Part shown: positions 20,506-29,625 of the stretch, piece by piece
How positions within the stretch are numbered: the stretch's first letter is position 1
How the letters are laid out: each line of letters begins with the position of its first letter
From: Pseudomonadota bacterium
GTDB lineage: Bacteria; Pseudomonadota; Alphaproteobacteria; Rhizobiales; Hyphomicrobiaceae
DNA length: 64,000 nt
Direction: 5' to 3'
Assembly (NCBI GenBank): GCA_023387235.1
Contig: JAEWIJ010000205.1
Coordinates: 8,294 to 72,293 of the forward strand
Program-made: the position numbers and the translations under genes
Notes under the pieces: generated by a model
Seen by the model: the letters and a program-made list of their open reading frames with translations, nothing else
What the model was told of the DNA's origin: nothing
The model's database searches: none

Positions 20506-21710
20506 CTCGATTCATTTTCTTCCGCCGTCTCCGGCATGGCGACCAGAACGGTGATGAATGCTGTCACGGCCACCATCGCGAGAGCGAAGAACGCCGTCGG
20601 CGCTCCGAACTGCGTTGCGAGATAGCCGGCGAGTGTCGTGCTCAGAGCCGCGCCAACGCCCGTGGCGCTGGCCGTGAGGCCCTGCGTGAGATTGAAACGT
20701 CCTGTACCGCGCGAGATGTCAGCGAGCGACAATGGCACCAGCACGCCGAGAACTGCGGCGCAGACACCGTCGAGAACCTGCGCGGCGATGATCACGGCCG
20801 GGTCGCCGGTCGTCGCCAGCAGCGCGGCGCGCATGGGGAGGGCGGCAAATCCGATGATCAGAATCGGACGGCGCCCCTTCTCGACTGCGAGCCGCCCCAC
20901 CGTCGGCGCCACGAGAGCGACGATGCCCTGCGGCACAATGATGCAAAGCGCGATCAGAACGCTTGCCCACTCGCCGGCCCGCAGTGTCATCTCGGTGCCG
21001 ACCAGCGGCAGCATGGCGGCGTTCGCCGAGTGAAAGAGGAAGACGCACAGCGTCAGAATGATGAGCGAGCGATTGCGGAGCAATTTGCCGACGGCAAGCG
21101 CCGGCACGTCCGTTTCGCCGGCGAGGCCGCCGTCCGCGCGTACTGGATCGATCTCCCGGGCGTTGATCTGCGAGAGCGCGACAATGGCCGGTATGGCGAG
21201 CGCTGCCGTGACGAAGAAAACCGCCTGCGGTGAGATCGCGAAGCCGATCGCGCCCATGGCGCCTGCGGCCGTGCCGCTCCCGATCGATGCAAACCGCGCA
21301 TTCCGTCCAAGCCGCGGGCCTACCGCGGCGTGACCGACAAGACCGAGCGTGATGGCGCCGATCGCCGGGCCGAGGATCGAGCTCGATGCGACGTGCAGCA
21401 ATTTCGCCGACAGAATGCCGGCGAAGCTCGGCGCCATCGCAATGAGGAACGCGCTGAGGCCCAGCCCCGCGACGGCGAACATGGTAACGCGCCGCTTCGA
21501 CGGCACGGCATCGACCAGCCATCCCCCCGGCAGCTGGCTCAGCAGACCGGCGAGACTTCCGATGGCCAGAATCAGACCGATGTCGGCCTGATTCCAATGT
21601 CGCGTCGTCAGGTAGATCGCGAGAAATGGACCGAAGCCGGTCTGGATATCGGCAACCAGGAAGGTGAACCAGTCGAGGCCGCGCTCGCTTTTTCGTGAGA
21701 CAGAAGGCAC
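20502..21710 (-). CDS. MFS transporter
   Basis: 12-TM-type profile with the loop motif GGWLVDAVPSKRRV. Its stop overlaps the ABC gene start by 4 nt. Confidence 0.85.
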   Translation of the reverse strand: MPSVSRKSERGLDWFTFLVADIQTGFGPFLAIYLTTRHWNQADIGLILAIGSLAGLLSQLPGGWLVDAVPSKRRVTMFAVAGLGLSAFLIAMAPSFAGILSAKLLHVASSSILGPAIGAITLGLVGHAAVGPRLGRNARFASIGSGTAAGAMGAIGFAISPQAVFFVTAALAIPAIVALSQINAREIDPVRADGGLAGETDVPALAVGKLLRNRSLIILTLCVFLFHSANAAMLPLVGTEMTLRAGEWASVLIALCIIVPQGIVALVAPTVGRLAVEKGRRPILIIGFAALPMRAALLATTGDPAVIIAAQVLDGVCAAVLGVLVPLSLADISRGTGRFNLTQGLTASATGVGAALSTTLAGYLATQFGAPTAFFALAMVAVTAFITVLVAMPETAEENESR

Positions 21711-21795
21711 CGGCGCCTCTCAGCAGGGCCAGGAGGGGATGATTGGCCACGCGAGCCGAATGTTCGGTCGCCATTTTTGTTCCGTCCGCCATGGC

Positions 21796-22230
21796 CTAGT
21801 CCCGCGGCGGTGACGCTGCCTTCAGGACGTCAGGTGGTTCGCCTCTCGTCCACTCCCGTGCCGCCTGGAGTTGATGACCCGAGATCTCGACGAAGATCTT
21901 GCCGTCAATAAACTGAAATGCTGCACGCTCGACCGCGAGCTTGCGCGTGCCGATGCCGAGAAAGCCGCCGAACTCGACGACGAAGGCATGAACCTGTCCC
22001 TCGCCGTCAATGAGCACATCGATGATGCGCCCGCTTTCGACACCCTTTCCTTTCGGCGGCGTCACTTCCCGACCGAGCACGCTTTGAAGCGGCGGCGGCG
22101 AAAGCAGGGGCTCCGGTTGACCGATCGCCACGGCTGAATTTGCCAGCAGGGCTGTTGCGAGCACGGCTGCGTGCCCGAGTTGTCTTCCGAACGGTCGCTT
22201 CGACGATCGTATGAATGCGAGCTCATTCAT
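21796..22230 (-). CDS. secreted PRC-barrel domain protein
   Basis: ATG 22230 with a GAGG RBS, a signal-like AAVLATALLANSAVA, then GRIIDVLIDGEGQVHAFVVEFGGFLGIGTRKLAV. Confidence 0.75.
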   Translation of the reverse strand: MNELAFIRSSKRPFGRQLGHAAVLATALLANSAVAIGQPEPLLSPPPLQSVLGREVTPPKGKGVESGRIIDVLIDGEGQVHAFVVEFGGFLGIGTRKLAVERAAFQFIDGKIFVEISGHQLQAAREWTRGEPPDVLKAASPPRD

Positions 22231-22267
22231 TTGCACCTCACGATAAGCGGCCGCGGGCTTCACGGAG

Positions 22268-22292
22268 AACGGTCGAAAGTTCATCCGGTTCC
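22268..22292 (-). promoter_or_regulatory. sigma-EcfG-type promoter motif GGAAC-N16-CGTT
   Basis: On the minus strand: GGAAC (22292-22288), 16 nt, CGTT (22271-22268). It lies 38 nt upstream of the ATG at 22230. Confidence 0.6.
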
Positions 22293-22644
22293 CGCATGAG
22301 TAAGCTCTCGTCTCCATCCGTCGTGGCGGCCGAAAGGCGATCGCGTGACTTCAGGAGGGCGATGTGAGGATCGACGCGTCTTTGTCGGGAAGTGTTGTGT
22401 TCACGCCGCGGATATATGCCAAGCAAAGCATCAGGTTGCTCGATGCGGAGGCATTTGCGCCGCTCGGCCCGCGCGCTCCATGCGACACGATGCGACGTCG
22501 TATGATTGTGCGATGCCGGGGAACCGCCAGCGCCGCCACGTGTTAACGCAAACGGCCTCAGGCTGTCTGCGGTGTCTGGAATCGCGGCCCGGCGCGCATG
22601 GTTTGACTAGTACATGACCTCCTCTGAACGGAGCAACGCACACC

Positions 22645-23739
22645 ATGAAGATTGCCCAGGTAGCGCCCCTTATGGAGAGCGTACCACCACGACTTTACGG
22701 CGGCAGTGAAAGGATCGTCTCTTATCTCACGGAAGCGCTGGTGGCAGAGGGTCACGACGTGACGCTGTTCGCGAGCGGCGATTCGGTCACGGCTGCGCAT
22801 CTCGATGCGTGCTGCCCGCGCGCGCTCCGGCTCTGCCAGAATGTTCTCGATCCCATCCCCCACTACATGGTGATGCTCGACAAGGTGCGGCGGCGCGCAC
22901 ACGAGTTCGACATCATCCATTTCCATATCGACCAGTTCCAGTACCCGCTCTTTCGGGATCTCAGTCATCGTTCTGTCACGACCCTGCACGGCCGCCAGGA
23001 CCTGCCGGATCTCTATCCGCTCTATATGCACTTCAAGGAAATGCCGCTCATCTCCATTTCCAACGCGCAGCGGGCGCCAGTTCCGGACGCGTCGTTTGTC
23101 GCGACGGTCCAGCACGGCTTGCCCGTCGATCTGTTGCCGCGGTCGCTGCACAGCCGTGGCGGCTACCTGGCGTTCCTCGGGCGCATCTCTCCCGAGAAGC
23201 GTGTCGATCGCGCGATCCGCATAGCCCGCGCCGTCGGCTTGCCGCTCAAGATCGCGGCCAAGGTCGACAAGGTCGATACCGAGTATTTTCGCGAGGAGAT
23301 CGAGCCGATGCTCGGATCGGCCGATGTCGAGTTCGTCGGCGAGATCAACGAGCGCCAGAAGGCGCGCTTTCTCGGCGATGCACGTGCGCTCCTGTTTCCC
23401 ATCGACTGGCCGGAGCCGTTCGGTCTCGTGATGATAGAGGCTATGGCGTGCGGCACGCCGGTGCTCGCGTTCGAGCGCGGCTCTGTCGCCGAGGTCATCG
23501 AAGAAGGTGTGACCGGCTTCATCGTCAGTGACGAGGACGAGGCAGTGCGCAAGATGGGCGCACTTCTGGCTCTCGATCGGGCGGCCGTGCGGCGGCGTTT
23601 CGAAGCTCGGTTCACCGCTGAGCGCATGGCCAAGGACTACGTCAAGGTCTACAAGAAGCTGCTGGCCGAGGCCGATCCTCTGACGAGGACGCGGCCGGCG
23701 CACGTGAACGGTACCGCGGCCGTTCAGGAATTCAACTAG
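22645..23739 (+). CDS. family 4 (GT-B) glycosyltransferase
   Basis: MKIAQVAPLMESVPPRLYGGSERIVSYLTEALVAEGHDVTLFASG...; C-terminal EPFGLVMIEAMACGTPV (EX7E-type). Confidence 0.85.
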   Translation: MKIAQVAPLMESVPPRLYGGSERIVSYLTEALVAEGHDVTLFASGDSVTAAHLDACCPRALRLCQNVLDPIPHYMVMLDKVRRRAHEFDIIHFHIDQFQYPLFRDLSHRSVTTLHGRQDLPDLYPLYMHFKEMPLISISNAQRAPVPDASFVATVQHGLPVDLLPRSLHSRGGYLAFLGRISPEKRVDRAIRIARAVGLPLKIAAKVDKVDTEYFREEIEPMLGSADVEFVGEINERQKARFLGDARALLFPIDWPEPFGLVMIEAMACGTPVLAFERGSVAEVIEEGVTGFIVSDEDEAVRKMGALLALDRAAVRRRFEARFTAERMAKDYVKVYKKLLAEADPLTRTRPAHVNGTAAVQEFN

Positions 23740-23746
23740 CGCCGCG

Positions 23747-25966
23747 ATGGCGGGGAAGGCGGCAATGCCCGATCGACAATCTCAGCGCGCCCGCGCCGGC
23801 GCGCCCGTGGCTATCGAGACGCCATTCTACATCCCGGCTACAGACGCACCGGCGCGGCCACGGCGAACGTTGAAGAAAAACGACACGTTCGCCGTTTTCG
23901 ACAGCCACGGCGATATCGGCGCCAGCAGCGGCGGCCCGGACGGCCTCTTTCATTGCGACACGCGCTACCTGTCGCATCTCGAGGTGCTGATATGCGGCTC
24001 GCGGCCGCTGCTGCTGCATTCGGCGATGCGGGACGACAACCTCAACTACTATGTCGACCTCACAAATCCGGACATCTACGCCGACGGCAAGATCACCATG
24101 CTCAAGGACACAATCCATGTGTCCCGCACGATCTATCTCAAGGATGGATCATTGCGCGAGCGGATCGCGCTGACCAATCACGGCTGCGATCCGGTGCAGT
24201 TCTCGCTCTCCATCATCTTCGCAAGCGACTTCGCCGACATCTTCGAGGTGCGCGGCATCAAGCGCGAGCGGCGCGGAACCTCATCGATCGATGCGGCGCA
24301 ATCGCCCCTCGTGCATCTCCGCTATCACGGGCTCGACAAGTCCTCGCGGACGACGACGCTTCAGTTCGAGCCGACGCCGACGGAACTGCAGGACAGCTCT
24401 GCCCGATACGACGTCGAGCTTGCGCCGCACGACAAGACGGCCATCTTCATCACGGTTGCAAGCGGGCACAGTCTGCCGGGGCCGGCAGAGTCGTTCTTTC
24501 GCGGTCTCGCGCGCCTCCATCGCCAGCAGCAGCAGGTCACCCGCCACGTCGCCGCCGTCGAGACGTCGGACGCCGTCATGAACGAAATTCTCTGCCGCTC
24601 GATGGCAGACGTGTTCATGCTGGTGACCGAAACCGATGACGGGCCCTACCCCTATGCCGGCATCCCTTGGTATTCGACCACGTTCGGGCGCGACGGCATC
24701 ATCACAGCCATGAACATGCTGTGGGCGGCCCCTTCCATCGCGGCGGGCGTCCTCAAGCGTCTCGCACGCCTGCAGGCGCACGAGGTGAACGCCCGAACCG
24801 ACGCAGCACCCGGCAAGATCGTGCATGAAATGCGCGGCGGCGAGATGGCTGCTCTCGGTGAAATACCTTTCGAACAGTACTACGGGACGGTGGATGCGAC
24901 GCCGCTGTTCGTCATCCTTGCCGGTCAGTATGCCGAGCGCACATCGGATTGGGCCCTCATCCGCCAGCTATGGCCCGCGATCGAGGCCGCTCTCAATTGG
25001 ATCGACCGTTTCGGCGATATGGACGGCGACGGCTTCATCGAATACGCGCGCGGCACGGAGACCGGCCTTGCGAACCAGGGCTGGAAGGATTCGCACGATT
25101 CGATCTCTCACGCCGACGGGACGCTCGCGACCGGTCCGATCGCTCTCGTCGAAGTGCAGGCCTATGTTTTTGCGGCTCGGCGCGCTGCCGCGGCATGTGC
25201 TTTCCGGCTTGGCTTCTTGCAGCGGGCGGAAAGCCTCGAAGCGCAAGCCGAGCTCATGCGCGTGCGCTTCGAGGACGCATTCTGGTGCCCCGATCTCCAA
25301 TTCTATGGACTGGCTCTGGATGGCGAGAAGCGCGTCTGTCGCGTGCGCTCGAGCAATGTCGGTCACGCGCTTGCGTTCGGCATCGTCGCGCCCGATCGCG
25401 CGCTCGCAACCATGACGACGCTCATGCGGAGCGACTTCTTCTCCGGCTGGGGCGTCCGCACGCTTGCCTACGAAGAGGAGCGCTACAATCCCATGTCGTA
25501 TCACAACGGCTCGGTCTGGCCGCATGACAACGCCATTCTCGCGGCCGGCTTCGCGCGCTACGGTGCCAAGGCCGGTGCGGCTGCGATCTTCGACGGTGTG
25601 ATGCGCGCTGCAACCTATATGGAGGACCGCCGCATCCCGGAGCTCTATTGCGGGTTTCGTCGTCGCCGTGGCCGCGGGCCGGTGCTCTACCCGGTCGCCT
25701 GCTCCCCGCAGGCCTGGTCGGCAAGCGCGCCGTTCTCGATCATTCAGTCTCTGCTCGGGTTGGAATTCCATCCCGATGCGCGCGAGCTGCGTCTGAACAA
25801 TCCGATCTTGCCGCCTTCGCTCGAAAGCATTCGGCTGCGCGATGTTCGGCTGGGTGAGAGCATCGCCGATTTCATCGTGCGCAACTCGATGTCGGGGCCC
25901 ACCTTGGAAATCGTCCGCGCGGATGGCGATATCCGCATAAGCTTGGTCTTCGGGGCGGCGGATTGA
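23747..25966 (+). CDS. amylo-alpha-1,6-glucosidase / glycogen-debranching-like (GDE_N plus GDE_C) protein
   Basis: N-terminus FAVFDSHGDIG...GLFHCDTRYLS; catalytic-domain-like GIPWYSTTFGRDGIITA, YGTVDATPLFV, GLANQGWKDSHDSI, ALVEVQAYVF. Confidence 0.85.
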   Translation: MAGKAAMPDRQSQRARAGAPVAIETPFYIPATDAPARPRRTLKKNDTFAVFDSHGDIGASSGGPDGLFHCDTRYLSHLEVLICGSRPLLLHSAMRDDNLNYYVDLTNPDIYADGKITMLKDTIHVSRTIYLKDGSLRERIALTNHGCDPVQFSLSIIFASDFADIFEVRGIKRERRGTSSIDAAQSPLVHLRYHGLDKSSRTTTLQFEPTPTELQDSSARYDVELAPHDKTAIFITVASGHSLPGPAESFFRGLARLHRQQQQVTRHVAAVETSDAVMNEILCRSMADVFMLVTETDDGPYPYAGIPWYSTTFGRDGIITAMNMLWAAPSIAAGVLKRLARLQAHEVNARTDAAPGKIVHEMRGGEMAALGEIPFEQYYGTVDATPLFVILAGQYAERTSDWALIRQLWPAIEAALNWIDRFGDMDGDGFIEYARGTETGLANQGWKDSHDSISHADGTLATGPIALVEVQAYVFAARRAAAACAFRLGFLQRAESLEAQAELMRVRFEDAFWCPDLQFYGLALDGEKRVCRVRSSNVGHALAFGIVAPDRALATMTTLMRSDFFSGWGVRTLAYEEERYNPMSYHNGSVWPHDNAILAAGFARYGAKAGAAAIFDGVMRAATYMEDRRIPELYCGFRRRRGRGPVLYPVACSPQAWSASAPFSIIQSLLGLEFHPDARELRLNNPILPPSLESIRLRDVRLGESIADFIVRNSMSGPTLEIVRADGDIRISLVFGAAD

Positions 25967-25998
25967 GGTTTTGCGCGGGCGCACGCCGACCGACTGCT

Positions 25999-26880
25999 TC
26001 AAGGCAGGAAGCGATGCGTCTCGATGGCCCAATCGGCGCCGACCTGCTTTCGGTTGCGATTGACGATCCGTCGGCCGAGATAGCCGATCGAGGCGGCTAC
26101 TTTGGTTCTGATTTTGGGTAGGGTCGCGAGTCGAGAATACAGGATCCGTGTCTGCCACGTCTCCGTCCAGGCCGAAACACGACGCAGGTCGCTCAGCGCG
26201 GCTTGCGATTCCCTCGTGTACTGGTCGACCGCCTCGCTTCTCTGTCCGCTGATAGTGCGGAATCCGGCGAGCGGATAATCGATGCCGACAAGCGCGGTAT
26301 GTCGGTAAAAGGCGCACCAGAGCGCGAAGTCGCCGGCCAGCGGGTAATCGGGAATTCTCGCCCCGGCCTTCTCCCAGAGTGAGCGCCGAAAGAACGTGGA
26401 CTCCTGCTGTACCCAGCAACCTCGGATGCGAGTCCCGGGCAGGAAGAAGCCGTCGAGAAACGCAGCTTTGCTGAAGCCGGGAATGCTGTTGACTCTGCAG
26501 AGGTATCCATTGGCATCCCAGACGCCGGGACTGAGCGTGGACAGCCACTCGATTTCAGGAAATCTTCTGAAGACATCGCCGGCAACGAAGAGCGATCTTG
26601 GCAGGAGCATGTCGTCGGAGTTCAGCCAGAACAGGATGTCTCCGGTCGCTCGGGCGAAGCCCTTGTTGATCGCGTCGTACTGCCCTCCGTCCGGCTCGCT
26701 GCACCAGTAAGCCAGTTGTCCGTCATAGCGCCGAAGGATGTTTGCAGTATCGTCTCCCGCTCCGTCAATGATGATGTATTCGAGGTTGGGATACCCTTGC
26801 GATAGTACTGATTGGATCGTCGTCTCGATCAGAGCGGCACTTCGAAATGAAGGCGTAACAATACTAATCCTGGGAAGCAT
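25999..26880 (-). CDS. family 2 glycosyltransferase
   Basis: I prefer the ATG at 26880: MLPRISIVTPSFRSAALIETTIQSVLSQGYPNLEYIIIDGAGDD...WLNSDD. Confidence 0.85.
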   Translation of the reverse strand: MLPRISIVTPSFRSAALIETTIQSVLSQGYPNLEYIIIDGAGDDTANILRRYDGQLAYWCSEPDGGQYDAINKGFARATGDILFWLNSDDMLLPRSLFVAGDVFRRFPEIEWLSTLSPGVWDANGYLCRVNSIPGFSKAAFLDGFFLPGTRIRGCWVQQESTFFRRSLWEKAGARIPDYPLAGDFALWCAFYRHTALVGIDYPLAGFRTISGQRSEAVDQYTRESQAALSDLRRVSAWTETWQTRILYSRLATLPKIRTKVAASIGYLGRRIVNRNRKQVGADWAIETHRFLP

Positions 26881-27090
26881 GTGGTCATCCGGATGGTCGT
26901 GATTGTCACGCGACCATCCCACCGCGAGCCGCCGCGCGCAAGGCGCCCGAGGCGGCACAGCAAGCGATGGCCGGAAGAATGCAACGGGAGCAGGGCCCGC
27001 GGGCTCCTTCTTCGGCAGTCGCCGGCATGCTCGCTCTCGATGTCTGTCGCTGCTTGGCGAAGGCCAAATCAGGGCGTCTCGTTGCCTAGT

Positions 27091-29625
27091 CTAGAGCCAC
27101 AGTACCCGTTTGCGCTCGTCGAGATCGTTCAAAAGGACGGATGCAGGCCCCTCGTGAAACACCGCACCTCGCTCAAGGGCGAACGCGCGATCCGCGAGAG
27201 CGAGCACCAGGTCCAGATTGTGCTCGACGATGATGATCGAGACGTGCTCGCGCAGCCGGTCGAACACGTCAAAAAGCTCGAGAACGACCCTCGGCGCAAG
27301 GCCCTCGAACGGTTCGTCGAGCAGCAGCAATTTGACATTGCCGGAAAGCGTGCGCGCGACCGCCACCATCTGCTGCTCGCCGCCCGAAAGGTAGTCGGCG
27401 GCAACATGCATACGCTCCTTCAGCCGTGGGAAGTATTCGAGAATGCGCTCCTCGCTCCACACCACGCCCGTCGCACCGTCGGTTGCGCGCGCGAGGCGTC
27501 CAAGCGCCAGGTTCTCCGCGACCGACATGCCTGCGAACAAGCCTCGACCCTGTGGCACGTATCCGATACCGAGACGCGCCACGTCCGGCGCGGGCAGGTC
27601 TGCGATGTCGCGACCGTCAAAGTGGATGCTGCCTGATGCCGGGGGCACGAGGCCTGCCAGCGTCTTCAACAGCGTCGACTTGCCGGCGCCGTTGCGGCCG
27701 AGCAGGGCGACGATCTCCCCCTTGCGCACATCGAGCGCGACATCGTTCAGGATATGGCTCTTGCCATAGAACGTATTGACCCCTTCGACGCGTAGCACCT
27801 CGCCGGCGCCGGCAAGATCGAACGGCCGGCTGGCGACAGGCGGCACGCCGGTGCCGGTGTAGACCTCCTGTACGCGCTGATCGATGCGGACTTCTCCGGG
27901 CGATCCGCTCATCAGAACTTCGCCCTGGTTCATCACCGTGACGCGGTGCGAGAGGCCCAGCACGCGATCAATATCGTGCTCGACGATCAGCACGGGCACA
28001 TCGCGTGCGATGCTGGTGACGAGTCGCGACACGCGCTCGCGCTCGGCAGCGGCGAGACCGGCGAGCGGCTCGTCGAGCAGGAGTACGTGCGGCTTGGAGC
28101 CGAGCGCAATCCCCAGATCGACGAGCCGCTGCCCCCCGTAGGAAAGTTCTCCTGCCTGGACGCTCTCTATACCTTCGAGGCCCAGGAAGCGCACGAGCGC
28201 CTGCGTCTCGGCATGGACTTCGGGATAGCTGTCGACATCGCGCCAGGCGTTGAAGCGTCCAGGATGACGCGCCTGCAGCGATAGACGGATGTTCTCGTAG
28301 ATCGTGAGTGTCTTGAACAGGCTCGTGATCTGGAACGAGCGGGCGAGACCGAGCGCACATATGCGATCCGGCGCCAAGCCGCCGATCTCGCGACCGAGCA
28401 GGCGTACGCTGCCGGCATCGGGCGCGTACATGCCGGAGAGGAGATTGAAGAGCGTGGTCTTGCCGGCGCCATTGGGGCCGATCAGCGCATGGATCGTACC
28501 GCTCTCGACGGCGACGTCGGCAGACACCACCGCGCGGATGCCGCCGAACTGCTTGGCGACGCCTTTCGCCTGCAATACCTGACCGCTGTGGGCTTCCGGG
28601 CGCAGGAAATCCGGCAGCTCCAGGCCTTCGTAGATGCGCCGCTTGCTCATGGCGGCGGCGTCGGTCTCCTGCGGCTTCCAGCGGCTCGAAAGGCGCGCCC
28701 AGATACCGATGAGACCGCCCGGCGAGTACAGAACGAAGCCGATGAAGATGAGGCCGAACCACAGGAGCCAGTTGCCGGTCCAGATCGAGAGGATCTCGCG
28801 GAACAGAATGTAGAAGAGCGCGCCGAGCGCAGGGCCGAGGAGGCTGTGCATGCCGCCGATGACGACCATGGCGAGCAACTCGCCCGAGAAAGCAACGGAG
28901 GTCGCGTCCGCCGACACGAGATAGTGCAAGAAGGCGGTGAGCGCGCCGGCAAGTCCGGTCACGGCAGCCGAAAGAACGAAGGCCGCGAGCTTGTAGCGCT
29001 CGACGGGGTAGCCCTGGAAGGTCGCGCGGAGCTGGTTCTCGCGAATAGCGACGAGTACATGCCCGAACGGTGAATGCACGACGCGCAGCATGCCGTAGAG
29101 CACGGCAAAGGCGAAAATCGAGATGAATGCGTAGTAGGCGAGGGCATCGTCGAGATCGATCGGCCCGAGCCGCCCGCGCGTCAGACCGCCGAGGCCATCC
29201 TCGCCGCCGGTCACCTCGCTCCAGCGAAAAGCGATGTTGTAGCAAAGCGCGACGAGCGCGAGCGTCAGCAGGGCGAAGTAGACGCCGCGTCGGCGCAGGA
29301 TGAGAAAGCCGACGGCCGTCGCGACAACGGCCGTCAGCAGCACCGATAGCGTGATCGGCAGGATGATCTGATCGGGAAACAGGTTCTTCTGCAGCAGCCC
29401 GGCCGAATAGGCGCAAAAGCCGAACCAGGCACCGTGGCCGAACGATGTCAGGCCCGTATAGCCGACGAGAACGTTGAGCCCCATGGCCGCGATCGCCAGC
29501 GTTACGACGACGCTCGCGGTGTTCACGGTCAGGCCGAGCAGCGCCATGAGGCTCGGCAGCGCAAGCAACGCCGCAGCGCCGATCCATAGCGGCCGGTTCT
29601 TCTGTGCAAACAGCGCCGCGCTCAT
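27091..29625 (-). CDS. triple-fused branched-chain-amino-acid-type ABC component (LivM permease, LivG ATPase, LivF ATPase), 844 aa
   Basis: The permease half (to about aa 330) is followed by two ATPase modules with Walker A motifs GPNGAGKTT and GRNGAGKST and two signatures (LSYGGQRL, LSGGEQQM). Confidence 0.88.
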   Translation of the reverse strand: MSAALFAQKNRPLWIGAAALLALPSLMALLGLTVNTASVVVTLAIAAMGLNVLVGYTGLTSFGHGAWFGFCAYSAGLLQKNLFPDQIILPITLSVLLTAVVATAVGFLILRRRGVYFALLTLALVALCYNIAFRWSEVTGGEDGLGGLTRGRLGPIDLDDALAYYAFISIFAFAVLYGMLRVVHSPFGHVLVAIRENQLRATFQGYPVERYKLAAFVLSAAVTGLAGALTAFLHYLVSADATSVAFSGELLAMVVIGGMHSLLGPALGALFYILFREILSIWTGNWLLWFGLIFIGFVLYSPGGLIGIWARLSSRWKPQETDAAAMSKRRIYEGLELPDFLRPEAHSGQVLQAKGVAKQFGGIRAVVSADVAVESGTIHALIGPNGAGKTTLFNLLSGMYAPDAGSVRLLGREIGGLAPDRICALGLARSFQITSLFKTLTIYENIRLSLQARHPGRFNAWRDVDSYPEVHAETQALVRFLGLEGIESVQAGELSYGGQRLVDLGIALGSKPHVLLLDEPLAGLAAAERERVSRLVTSIARDVPVLIVEHDIDRVLGLSHRVTVMNQGEVLMSGSPGEVRIDQRVQEVYTGTGVPPVASRPFDLAGAGEVLRVEGVNTFYGKSHILNDVALDVRKGEIVALLGRNGAGKSTLLKTLAGLVPPASGSIHFDGRDIADLPAPDVARLGIGYVPQGRGLFAGMSVAENLALGRLARATDGATGVVWSEERILEYFPRLKERMHVAADYLSGGEQQMVAVARTLSGNVKLLLLDEPFEGLAPRVVLELFDVFDRLREHVSIIIVEHNLDLVLALADRAFALERGAVFHEGPASVLLNDLDERKRVLWL

